From a virus (taxonomy: Duplodnaviria > Heunggongvirae > Uroviricota > Caudoviricetes): a stretch of DNA of 64,000 nt. Of the stretch, positions 18,992-27,382 are shown piece by piece (position 1 is the first letter of the stretch; the number at the start of each line of letters is the position of its first letter). The stretch lies in IMG/VR virus record IMGVR_UViG_2925897562_000001; one strand, given 5' to 3'. The position numbers and the translations under genes were made by a program. Under the pieces are notes generated by a model that did not search any database, was not told the origin of the DNA, and saw nothing but the letters and a program-made list of their open reading frames with translations.

Positions 18992-19416
18992 GCCCTTACG
19001 ATGTAATTAAATGCGATATTTCGCGGCCTGACAGCAACAAAATTTATACCATCACCTACAGAGTTACTGGTGAAATTAAATCGTGAAAATCCTGGCTGAT
19101 TTCCGACGATGCCATCATGAAAATTAATTGCGTGCCCCGCACCATCGCCTATATTTCCGGCACGCTGAGAAAAGTTTGTAGCCTCTTGGCTGCTTAATAA
19201 TGCTCGCCCATTGTCCACACCTCGTCCATCATCCCAACCTCGAATAAATTCGCCCCGTAGATCCGGCAATTTATTGGTGGGGTAAACCTTTGCCAGATTT
19301 GGGTACTTTTCAGAAGAAAATGCTGCTCCGTTACATTTCAGCCACCCCGTTGGTGGTGTGGCGGAGGGCCATGGAACAGGTACACCAACGGGCAGCGCCG
19401 AGCCTTCCCCTAAACC
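18985..19416 (-). CDS. silent tail-fibre C-terminal cassette B
   Basis: Same conserved N- and C-blocks (hand translation of 19270-19416); ORF track starts late only because in-frame start codons are absent. Confidence 0.75.
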   Translation of the reverse strand, partial: GLGEGSALPVGVPVPWPSATPPTGWLKCNGAAFSSEKYPNLAKVYPTNKLPDLRGEFIRGWDDGRGVDNGRALLSSQEATNFSQRAGNIGDGAGHAINFHDGIVGNQPGFSRFNFTSNSVGDGINFVAVRPRNIAFNYIVRAA

Positions 19417-19430
19417 AACGTTTTTATGCC
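19405..19430 (-). other. cix-like crossover site B
   Basis: TTCCCCTAAACC-AA-CGTTTTTATGCC. Confidence 0.7.
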
Positions 19431-19903
19431 GCCCTTACGATGTAATTAAATGCGATATTTCGTGGACGGGTTTCACTCCCGCCAGTATTACCAATACTCC
19501 CTCGAGAATGAAGTGTCGGTGATGGAATCAAATTCCCTCCTGTATTTGAGGCATCAAGCCCCCGTCCTTGTGTGTATGTTTTTTTGAAAATTGTCGCCAG
19601 CTCCCATTCATCTTTTGTGTCGTAACCATCATTGGCTACAACAATATGTCGGTGCTTTTCCAGCATTCCTGTCTGAATGCTCAATAAAGCACGTCCCGCA
19701 TCCACCCCGCGCCCATCATCCCAGCCGCGAATAAATTCTCCCCGTAAATCCGGTAATTTATTGGTGGGATAAGCCTTTGCCAGTTCTGGGTATTCTTCAG
19801 CAGAAAAAGCTGCTCCGTTGCATTTTAGCCAGCCTGTTGGCGGAGTGGCTGAGGGCCACGGAACAGGTACGCCAACAGGCAATGCAGAGCCTTCCCCCAA
19901 ACC
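19424..19903 (-). CDS. silent tail-fibre C-terminal cassette C
   Basis: Conserved blocks; variable tip with HRH. Confidence 0.75.
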   Translation of the reverse strand, partial: GLGEGSALPVGVPVPWPSATPPTGWLKCNGAAFSAEEYPELAKAYPTNKLPDLRGEFIRGWDDGRGVDAGRALLSIQTGMLEKHRHIVVANDGYDTKDEWELATIFKKTYTQGRGLDASNTGGNLIPSPTLHSRGSIGNTGGSETRPRNIAFNYIVRAA

Positions 19904-19917
19904 AACGTTTCTATGCC
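19892..19917 (-). other. cix-like crossover site C
   Basis: TTCCCCCAAACC-AA-CGTTTCTATGCC. Confidence 0.7.
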
Positions 19918-20375
19918 GCTCTTACGATGTAATTAAATGCAATATTACGGGGGCGAGCTGATACATAAGCCCACCAGTCATATTTTTTGGCACCTTTACT
20001 GGATGCATCAAATATCCACTTTTTGCCATTTATGGCCCCCCATTGATTAGAGGTTAAAGTGTCACCAAATCCGTATTGTGTTGAGCTGAGTGAACTGATA
20101 TCCCCAGTATCATTATCATCAAAACCGGAGACGATAGTGCCTTCCTGAAATGAAAGTATCTCTCGTCCTGCATCAATACCTCGTCCGTCATCCCAGCCAC
20201 GGATAAATTCGCCCCGTAAATCCGGTAATTTATTGGTCGGATAAGCCTTTGCCAGCCTGGGGTACATTTCAGAAGAAAATGCTGCGCCGTTACATTTCAG
20301 CCAGCCCGTTGGTGGTGTGGCTGAGGGCCACGGAACGGGCACACCAACAGGCAGTGCAGAGCCTTCCCCCAAACC
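19911..20375 (-). CDS. silent tail-fibre C-terminal cassette D
   Basis: Conserved blocks; distinct variable tip. Confidence 0.75.
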   Translation of the reverse strand, partial: GLGEGSALPVGVPVPWPSATPPTGWLKCNGAAFSSEMYPRLAKAYPTNKLPDLRGEFIRGWDDGRGIDAGREILSFQEGTIVSGFDDNDTGDISSLSSTQYGFGDTLTSNQWGAINGKKWIFDASSKGAKKYDWWAYVSARPRNIAFNYIVRAA

Positions 20376-20389
20376 AACGTTTTTATGTG
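20364..20389 (-). other. cix-like crossover site D
   Basis: TTCCCCCAAACC-AA-CGTTTTTATGTG. Confidence 0.7.
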
Positions 20390-20889
20390 GCCCTTACAAT
20401 GTAATTAAAAGCAACGTTGCGGGGGCGCATTGATATCCATGCCCCGGTAAAATTATCCTCTGCCGTCCTTTGAGTGCCTGTTATGGAGTTATCTGATGAT
20501 GCTGGAACATAATCGCTATTATCTCCTGCTTTAGGATTAGCAGGGTTTCCAACAGTTATAACAGAATCAGCAGTAGCATAAGCGATACCTACTTTGACAT
20601 TAGTAGTCAGATCGACACCGTAATAATCCTGCAAAGCTGTACGAATAAATGTTGCAGTCTGACCACTTAGCAATGAACGCCCTGTATCAATCCCTCTCGA
20701 ATCATCCCAACCACGGATAAACTCACCGCGTAAATCAGGTAATTTTAACGTTGGGTAAACCTTTGCCAGATTTGGGTACTTTTCAGAAGAAAATGCTGCT
20801 CCGTTACATTTCAGCCACCCCGTTGGTGGTGTGGCGGAGGGCCACGGAACAGGTACACCAACGGGCAGTGCCGAGCCTTCCCCTAAACC
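20383..20889 (-). CDS. silent tail-fibre C-terminal cassette E
   Basis: Conserved N-block present in frame (hand translation of 20674-20889); C-terminus RPRNVAFNYIVRAT. Confidence 0.75.
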   Translation of the reverse strand, partial: GLGEGSALPVGVPVPWPSATPPTGWLKCNGAAFSSEKYPNLAKVYPTLKLPDLRGEFIRGWDDSRGIDTGRSLLSGQTATFIRTALQDYYGVDLTTNVKVGIAYATADSVITVGNPANPKAGDNSDYVPASSDNSITGTQRTAEDNFTGAWISMRPRNVAFNYIVRAT

Positions 20890-20903
20890 AACGTTTTTAT
20901 GCC
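20878..20903 (-). other. cix-like crossover site E
   Basis: TTCCCCTAAACC-AA-CGTTTTTATGCC. Confidence 0.7.
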
Positions 20904-21403
20904 GCCCTTACGATGTAATTAAATGCAACGTTGCGAGGGCGAGTTTCTGTACCTACATTTCCACTAATTTCACCATAACGTTTAACACTACGAGAGCTAA
21001 TAGCTCGTAGTGAGGAAGGCACCTTATGACCGGGTTCGTCCGTTTTAACTATTCCCCCGTCACCGTATGTAGCTAGTATTCCTGGATTGACGCCTTCCCG
21101 TGCACTTCCTGCGGCGAGTCCGTCCCCTGTCCATAATTCCATATAGTGTGCATGGTCCAAAATTGTGTGTGGCTGCCAATTAAGCAAAGCGCGGCCAGCA
21201 TCCACCCCGCGCCCATCATCCCAACCGCGAATAAATTCTCCCCGTAAATCCGGTAATTTATTGGTGGGGTAGGCTTTTGCCAGTTTGGGATACATTTCAG
21301 AAGAAAATGCTGCACCATTGCATTTCAGCCAGCCCGTTGGTGGTGTTTCTAAGGGCCACGGAACGGGCACGCCAACGGGCAGTGCAGAGCCTTCCCCCAA
21401 ACC
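20897..21403 (-). CDS. silent tail-fibre C-terminal cassette F
   Basis: Conserved blocks; variable tip with HAH. Confidence 0.75.
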   Translation of the reverse strand, partial: GLGEGSALPVGVPVPWPLETPPTGWLKCNGAAFSSEMYPKLAKAYPTNKLPDLRGEFIRGWDDGRGVDAGRALLNWQPHTILDHAHYMELWTGDGLAAGSAREGVNPGILATYGDGGIVKTDEPGHKVPSSLRAISSRSVKRYGEISGNVGTETRPRNVAFNYIVRAA

Positions 21404-21417
21404 AACGTTTTTATGCC
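21392..21417 (-). other. cix-like crossover site F
   Basis: TTCCCCCAAACC-AA-CGTTTTTATGCC. Confidence 0.7.
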
Positions 21418-21881
21418 GCCCTTACGATATAATTAAACGCAATATTACGGGGGCGGGTTTCAGATGCTGTACGAACTGAGCGAGAGGCGTCGAATGTCCA
21501 GTTATAAGCGCCATAACCCTCAATAATTTCCGTTTCCTTTAGGCCTGTAGATAATACTTGACCATGTTGACTAAATGGCCCTGAACTAAGTACATCTCTA
21601 AAAAGCTGAGTACGCCCGAAAGAACCAACAATATTCTGAATTGCATCATTCTGTGCAGATAATAAATTACGGCCAGAGTCAATCCCCCGCCCGTCATCCC
21701 AGCCGCGAATAAATTCGCCCCGTAGATCCGGCAATTTATTAGTGGGGTAAACCTTTGCCAGATTTGGGTACTTTTCAGAAGAAAATGCTGCTCCGTTACA
21801 TTTCAGCCACCCCGTTGGTGGTGTGGCGGAGGGCCATGGAACAGGTACACCAACGGGCAGTGCCGAGCCTTCCCCCAAACC
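21411..21881 (-). CDS. silent tail-fibre C-terminal cassette G
   Basis: Conserved blocks; distinct variable tip. Confidence 0.75.
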   Translation of the reverse strand, partial: GLGEGSALPVGVPVPWPSATPPTGWLKCNGAAFSSEKYPNLAKVYPTNKLPDLRGEFIRGWDDGRGIDSGRNLLSAQNDAIQNIVGSFGRTQLFRDVLSSGPFSQHGQVLSTGLKETEIIEGYGAYNWTFDASRSVRTASETRPRNIAFNYIVRAA

Positions 21882-21895
21882 AACGTTTCTATGCC
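21870..21895 (-). other. cix-like crossover site G
   Basis: TTCCCCCAAACC-AA-CGTTTCTATGCC. Confidence 0.7.
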
Positions 21896-22323
21896 GCTCT
21901 TACGATGTAATTAAATGCAATATTACGAGGGCGAGATTCTCTCCCCCCCACCGAGTTAGTGCTATCCGATCTCTGTTGAATTACTGAGCCAGAAACATCA
22001 GCGGCTAAAAGATAATATCCACCTGTTGTATCAAATCCAGTTTGTGCCCATGTTCTTTCGAAATAATGACTATGTGATTTAAATTCATCTGTTTGAGTTG
22101 ATAATAACGCGCGCCCACTATCCACTCCACGCCCATCATCCCAACCACGGATAAACTCACCGCGTAAATCCGGCAATTTATTGGTGGGGTAAGCCCTTGC
22201 CAGATTTGGGTACATTTCAGAAGAAAATGCTGCGCCGTTACATTTCAGCCACCCTGCTGGCGGTGTGGCTGAGGGCCACGGAACAGGCACACCAACGGGC
22301 AGCGCAGAGCCTTCCCCCAAACC
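21889..22323 (-). CDS. silent tail-fibre C-terminal cassette H
   Basis: Conserved blocks; variable tip with HSH; adjacent to outermost site and cin. Confidence 0.75.
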   Translation of the reverse strand, partial: GLGEGSALPVGVPVPWPSATPPAGWLKCNGAAFSSEMYPNLARAYPTNKLPDLRGEFIRGWDDGRGVDSGRALLSTQTDEFKSHSHYFERTWAQTGFDTTGGYYLLAADVSGSVIQQRSDSTNSVGGRESRPRNIAFNYIVRAA

Positions 22324-22337
22324 AACGTTTTAGTCTT
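22312..22337 (-). other. outermost cix-like crossover site H (cixR-equivalent), 55 bp upstream of cin
   Basis: TTCCCCCAAACC-AA-CGTTTTAGTCTT; outer half diverged because no cassette follows. Confidence 0.7.
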
Positions 22338-22391
22338 AATCCCTACCTATACCAACGATGTATTTTTAACTAAACAAAGAGGTTGTTTTTC

Positions 22392-22964
22392 ATGCAAATT
22401 GGCTACATTCGTGTGTCAACAAATGACCAAAACACAGATTTACAAAGAAATGCACTGAACTGCGCAGGATGTGAACTGATTTTTGAAGATAAAATAAGCG
22501 GAACAAAGTCAGCCAGACCAGGCTTGAAAAAGCTGCTCAGAACGTTATCAGAAGGAGATACGCTGGTTGTCTGGAAGCTGGATAGGCTTGGCAGAAGTAT
22601 GAAACACCTTATCACGCTTATAGAGGAGTTGCGGGAAAAAGGTGTTAATTTCCGTAGTCTGACAGACAGTATTGACACATCAACACCCATGGGGCGTTTC
22701 TTTTTTCATGTCATGGGTGCTTTAGCAGAAATGGAACGTGAATTAATTGTTGAGAGAACACTGGCCGGACTGGCAGCTGCACGCGAACAGGGACGCATTG
22801 GCGGACGTCGCCCGAAGTTGACAAAAGAACAACATGAGCAAATAGCGAGGTTGATCGAAAATGGCTACAGCAGGAAACAGTTGGCAATTATTTACGATAT
22901 CGGTGTATCGACGATTTATCGTTATCATCCTGTAGAGAAGCGCCAAACTCAATCTGAGCTGTAA
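22392..22964 (+). CDS. cin: Cin/Min-type serine DNA invertase (190 aa)
   Basis: N-terminal MQIGYIRVSTNDQ catalytic serine motif and C-terminal HTH typical of the Hin/Gin/Cin family; adjacent to the invertible region. Confidence 0.9.
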   Translation: MQIGYIRVSTNDQNTDLQRNALNCAGCELIFEDKISGTKSARPGLKKLLRTLSEGDTLVVWKLDRLGRSMKHLITLIEELREKGVNFRSLTDSIDTSTPMGRFFFHVMGALAEMERELIVERTLAGLAAAREQGRIGGRRPKLTKEQHEQIARLIENGYSRKQLAIIYDIGVSTIYRYHPVEKRQTQSEL

Positions 22965-23399
22965 TTCTAATGCCGCGTCGGTGTAATTTATCTTGATAGA
23001 ATAGGTACATTTATCGCGCGGCACATCAATTCGATGTATCTAGCGCCTGCTGACCGCTAATGAAAACTGTCCTCGAAATGTTGTCCCTAGTCCGAGACTA
23101 GGGTATCACCTCTGGAAAGCATACGCAGAACCTTTTTTAACCCAGGGTGCCCAGCCTTTTTGCTGCTCGCCTTATTCGCAAAAATTAGCTCACATCCTGC
23201 GCTTTCAAGTGCTTTTCACTGCATAGCTGTGTTTTGTTCATTTGTCTATATGCGTACATAGCCTATTAGCATATTTTCTGCCCACTATCGTTATTTATTG
23301 CAAGCTACTGGTTTTAATTAACAAAACCAGTGTGTGTGGAAATCACAAAGTGCATACCGTTCTCAAATGTTGTTCAACTTACTGTTGTATAGGTAAAAA

Positions 23400-23663
23400 A
23401 TGACATTTTATGTACATATCGTGATGTTATCCCTTCTTGGTGGGGTGTATTCGTATTTGAGTGGGCTATGTGAAAACCGTTACGAGTCTTCATGCAAGAA
23501 ATTGCTGGCCGAATGTATTTCCGCCGTACTTGCTGGCTTTATTGGCATGTATCTCGCGGAATATAAGGACATGAATGAAAGCCTTCAGAGCTGCATGGTT
23601 CTTATTTTTAGCGCCAATAGCAGGCTTATTATTGAAGGTTCCAAAAGTCGGTTGAATAGGTAA
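23400..23663 (+). CDS. small membrane protein, holin-like (LydC-like?)
   Basis: 87-aa ORF with two hydrophobic segments, upstream of lydA. Confidence 0.4.
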   Translation: MTFYVHIVMLSLLGGVYSYLSGLCENRYESSCKKLLAECISAVLAGFIGMYLAEYKDMNESLQSCMVLIFSANSRLIIEGSKSRLNR

Positions 23664-23737
23664 GTCTCTTATGCAACATAACCGGTTGAGAAGTTACTTT
23701 GCATACCATTACCTCCTGACAACGTAGGAGGGAACTT

Positions 23738-24067
23738 GTGCTTGACACACAGGAATTAGCTCCAGTTGCTATTGCGCTCCTGCTTTCAGTAATTGGTGGG
23801 ATAGGCACGTTCCTGATGGATGTCCGAGACGGTCGCCAGTCTGGCAATTTGTTGGGATTGGTTACGGAGATCTTTGTTGCAGTGACAGCTGGCGCGGTGG
23901 CGTACCTATTGGGGCAACACGAGGGCTGGGAGTTATCAATTACGTACTTAATGGTAACGATAGCCAGCAATAACGGTCATGAGGTGATTTCAGGGATGAA
24001 ACGAGTGAATATCGATAGCATTCTGAATGTTCTTACAAGTTTGGTGAAAAAGGGAGGCGGGAAATGA
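23738..24067 (+). CDS. lydA: holin LydA (109 aa)
   Basis: GTG start after GGAGGG RBS; TM-rich 109-aa protein; P1 LydA length and position. Confidence 0.75.
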   Translation: MLDTQELAPVAIALLLSVIGGIGTFLMDVRDGRQSGNLLGLVTEIFVAVTAGAVAYLLGQHEGWELSITYLMVTIASNNGHEVISGMKRVNIDSILNVLTSLVKKGGGK

Positions 24068-24507
24068 TTGGCTGGGGTGTATGCGTTCTTGCGTTAGCCT
24101 TAGCCGATCGCTATTTGCTAAAACGCAAGGACATCACGCATTTAGAACTTGGTGATGTGGAAATTAAACCGGGTTTCATCCGGGTGCCGTTCAAATACCG
24201 GTCTAAATTCCCGTTTTTGCGCGGCGCAACGGTCAGATATTGGATCCGCGATGTTCAGAAGCCGACGACAGTGATTGAAGGCGAACAACGTTGTTTGACG
24301 TCGGCTGAACAGGGCGAAAACAGTGAATGGTTGTACATACCCACTGAATATATGGGTAAAGGAGAGCGACTGTGGCATTTCAACGTCATGGTTACGCATG
24401 GCGACTCGTTCATTAACCCGTTGTATCGGATTTTCCCTGTTACTCAGCAAATCCGCAGAAGTTACGTAATAAATCTCGCACAGGATGTGTCAGATGACGA
24501 AAAATAA
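24064..24507 (+). CDS. lydB: antiholin LydB (147 aa)
   Basis: Translationally coupled to lydA; 147 aa as P1 LydB. Confidence 0.7.
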   Translation: MIGWGVCVLALALADRYLLKRKDITHLELGDVEIKPGFIRVPFKYRSKFPFLRGATVRYWIRDVQKPTTVIEGEQRCLTSAEQGENSEWLYIPTEYMGKGERLWHFNVMVTHGDSFINPLYRIFPVTQQIRRSYVINLAQDVSDDEK

Positions 24508-25096
24508 GTATGCAACGGTCGATTTTGACCAGGTTAATGAAAAGGGGCTGAAATCCCTTATCGCGGCGATCAATAAAACCGGTGTTACGGTAATTGAGGT
24601 TGACTCCAGCAACCGCGCAACAACGAAAGATGGCGTTAAAGTTAAAACCGCAAAGCTGGTTCTTAACGATGGACAAATTCTTGCCATACAGGTAAACGAT
24701 ACTGGCGATATATCGTCTGTGAAGCTGAATGGAAAAGCTATTCCTAACGCTCAGTCGCCGGATATCAAGACGCTTGGTACCGTCATGGGGCAAGCGGCCC
24801 GCAAAAACTCCGCAAAATTCCAGAAATCACTGATCGCCAAAGCGAAACGTGTTGCCAATCCGGTAGACAAGAAACCGGCAGTAAAATCCAACTTTCAGCG
24901 CCTGCAAGAGGCAAAACAGCGGAATGTTCAGGTGGTTGCCGCTTATAAATCAGCGCAGAACTCGGTGTCTTTCAATCAACAGCAGATCACTGATTTGCGG
25001 GCGAAGCTGGATAAGGAGACAGGCCGACTCAATAACGAAAAGGCCCGAAATGGCGAACTCAAACGCCGTCTTAAGCAACTGAAAGCAGGAAATTAA
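24485..25096 (+). CDS. hdf: Hdf, dar-operon head protein (203 aa; alternative start at 24494)
   Basis: First gene of the hdf-darA-ddrA-ddrB order; coiled-coil C-terminus. Confidence 0.65.
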   Translation: MCQMTKNKYATVDFDQVNEKGLKSLIAAINKTGVTVIEVDSSNRATTKDGVKVKTAKLVLNDGQILAIQVNDTGDISSVKLNGKAIPNAQSPDIKTLGTVMGQAARKNSAKFQKSLIAKAKRVANPVDKKPAVKSNFQRLQEAKQRNVQVVAAYKSAQNSVSFNQQQITDLRAKLDKETGRLNNEKARNGELKRRLKQLKAGN

Positions 25097-25097
25097 C

Positions 25098-27017
25098 ATG
25101 GAACAGTTCAATATCAATAAAGGGGTGACGATCAAACCTGGGCTTGACGCGCTTCCCCCGCCAGTGACTGATGATGAATATCGCGCATTAATGGCCGGTG
25201 AGGACCGCTATCTGATGACGGAATCCAACACCCTGGAGGAAATCGAGGCTACGTTCTTCTATGACACGCCGATCCACTGGTGTGCTACGGATTTACTGGA
25301 GGCGATTAGTTCTACTCGTTTGCAGTTACACCGGACCATGCAGGCATTTGTCCGGGCATTGAACCAGAAGCTGAATGGTACCGGAATCTCTGCGGGGAGT
25401 GATAAAACGGGCGATGTGGCCCAGAGCGGCGCGCGCGCGATCGGCGGCGCTGAAATTGGTCGGGCACGTAACGTTAACGGGCTGCCGGTCCTGCCAGCCA
25501 TTATTCCGCTCAGTGATGGTCAGACTATCAGCATTCTGTTTCATAGCCCGACAGCGGAAAACCGGATCACCAATAGCGATACGCTGGTTGCTTTCCAGTT
25601 CTTACTGAATAAAAAAGACGTTACTCACACCGTTGCTCCGATGAGTGGACGTGATATGACGCTGGCGCAGGTCACCATGAAACTTGCCAACCTTGCAGAG
25701 AAAAACTCGGCAAAATTCCAGCGTGCGCAGAAGAAGAAAAAAGCCCTTGTTGATGAAATAACCCAACTACAGGCTGACAGTGACCAGAAAGAGGATGCCA
25801 TGAGCGACCTCGCGGATCAGGTGGCAGCGGTAGAAGGGCAGAAGGCAGATCTGGAGCAGAAAATTAACGCTGTTGCATCGGAAGCGGATTCTCTTTATGA
25901 AGAGAATGAGCGTTTGCAGACGGAGATTGATCAGCTCAATCGCACTGGTGGGCGCGATACCATTGCTCCTGCGGGGATGACTGGTGGGTACTCTCGCGCG
26001 CTGACGGATCGCCTTGCCAGTATCAAAAATCGTATGCATATGAACGGGGAAGTGACGCTCAGTAATGGTGCATCAATGAAGCAATTCATTGAGGACGGCG
26101 AAGGGTATATCCAGTTAACCGATTCGGATGGCAGCGTGTACATGATCAAGGCTAAATCCATACAGGGTGTGGACATGGCAGATGCGATCGGCAAGCTGTT
26201 TAAAGCCTATAAAGCGGGTAATGTATCGGAATATCTGGTCCAACCAGAAGAACATAAACCGGAAAACGTCGAACCTGAACCAGCGGAGGATACCGGTAGC
26301 TCTTCGCCTGAACCAGAAGTCTCTGTAGGTGCATATCGATATGCCCTGCAAATGCGTCCGGCGGCCCCTGGCGCAATACCTGAAGGTAACAAAGCAATTC
26401 TGCCGCGCCCTGATGAAGGTGACCCGTATTATGAATATGCACGCTACGGCATTGTTACTTACGATACCCCGCTTTCTGATCAGCAAATGAGTGAGTACGA
26501 CCTGAAGTTATTGCCTCGCGAGGATTCTTTCGACTTCCTGGCGAAGACACTTACTAATGGTCCGTTTGGCAAATATGCACAAAAAGCTCTGGAGCTGGCC
26601 ACCAGCTCACCAGACGAGTTCCGCGTAATGCTGAAAACTCAGTTTCAAAAAACTTTCCCCAATATTGCGTTTCCTGGGGGCGCTGGCATCGAGAAAATGG
26701 TGCAGAGCATGATCAATGCATTGCAGGCCGAAGTCGGTGAGATTACTCAACCAGAACCGGTCCCGGCACAGCCTGATGAAACGGTTAGCGAAGCAGATGC
26801 AGAGGCTAATAAAGCCATTGAATATCTCAATAGCGTGATGGATATGCAAAGCACTGACATGGCGGAGATCCGTAACGCCCGGGGCAATGTCCGGGAAGCG
26901 ATTGCTGCCCTTCAGGCTGCCGGACGTTTTGAGGAAAACGAAGAGCTGGTTAACGGTGCTGCTCGCCACCTGGCTGATCTGCTGGTAGCAATCCAGAAAG
27001 CGGGGGTAGCGGCATGA
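25098..27017 (+). CDS. darA: DarA anti-restriction head protein precursor (639 aa)
   Basis: 639 aa as P1 DarA; operon position. Confidence 0.8.
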   Translation: MEQFNINKGVTIKPGLDALPPPVTDDEYRALMAGEDRYLMTESNTLEEIEATFFYDTPIHWCATDLLEAISSTRLQLHRTMQAFVRALNQKLNGTGISAGSDKTGDVAQSGARAIGGAEIGRARNVNGLPVLPAIIPLSDGQTISILFHSPTAENRITNSDTLVAFQFLLNKKDVTHTVAPMSGRDMTLAQVTMKLANLAEKNSAKFQRAQKKKKALVDEITQLQADSDQKEDAMSDLADQVAAVEGQKADLEQKINAVASEADSLYEENERLQTEIDQLNRTGGRDTIAPAGMTGGYSRALTDRLASIKNRMHMNGEVTLSNGASMKQFIEDGEGYIQLTDSDGSVYMIKAKSIQGVDMADAIGKLFKAYKAGNVSEYLVQPEEHKPENVEPEPAEDTGSSSPEPEVSVGAYRYALQMRPAAPGAIPEGNKAILPRPDEGDPYYEYARYGIVTYDTPLSDQQMSEYDLKLLPREDSFDFLAKTLTNGPFGKYAQKALELATSSPDEFRVMLKTQFQKTFPNIAFPGGAGIEKMVQSMINALQAEVGEITQPEPVPAQPDETVSEADAEANKAIEYLNSVMDMQSTDMAEIRNARGNVREAIAALQAAGRFEENEELVNGAARHLADLLVAIQKAGVAA

Positions 27018-27379
27018 CACTATCAGCTATTGAGTTAATGGACCTCAGCGATAAGTTGGATGCTCTGATGTCCAAAGCGGCTACCGCGAGTGGCATGGAG
27101 TTGCTGGATATCAGCGATGAAATTGACCAGATCATGCAACAGATGGGGTACGGCGCGTCCGGCGGCAGTAGTGGCGAGGAAAAACAACCTTCGGTACATG
27201 ATGGTGTGCCAAAACTGGTTGCTGATTTCCTGGCTGATAAATTCGTCGATCAGAGCACTGATGCATTTATCGGTACGTTACAGGACTTGAGTCAATATGT
27301 TGGCACATACATCGACCTGGACCAGGTTAAACAGCACACGGCGGCATGGATAGCCGCCAACATTAAAGAGGCAGCGTGA
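27014..27379 (+). CDS. ddrA: DdrA (121 aa)
   Basis: Translationally coupled to darA; acidic small protein. Confidence 0.65.
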   Translation: MTLSAIELMDLSDKLDALMSKAATASGMELLDISDEIDQIMQQMGYGASGGSSGEEKQPSVHDGVPKLVADFLADKFVDQSTDAFIGTLQDLSQYVGTYIDLDQVKQHTAAWIAANIKEAA

Positions 27380-27382
27380 CAT

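Noticed and set aside
18477-22337. Diversity-generating retroelement (template/variable repeat pairs) as the explanation for the repeated conserved-plus-variable tail-fibre blocks
   Set aside because: No reverse transcriptase ORF anywhere near; variation is whole-segment replacement rather than adenine-specific substitution; every block is bounded by an invertase-type 26-bp site next to a cin-type recombinase gene.
22965-23400. tRNA or other structured RNA gene in the long cin-lydC intergenic gap (also checked 50665..51045)
   Set aside because: No T-loop (GGTTCGAATCC-type) with matching acceptor stem; only a simple hairpin at 23085-23103.
25259-27135. Minus-strand ORFs inside darA and ddrA (e.g. 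26115..26486, 26607..27020)
   Set aside because: Embedded antisense in a well-supported coding operon; no RBS or motifs.
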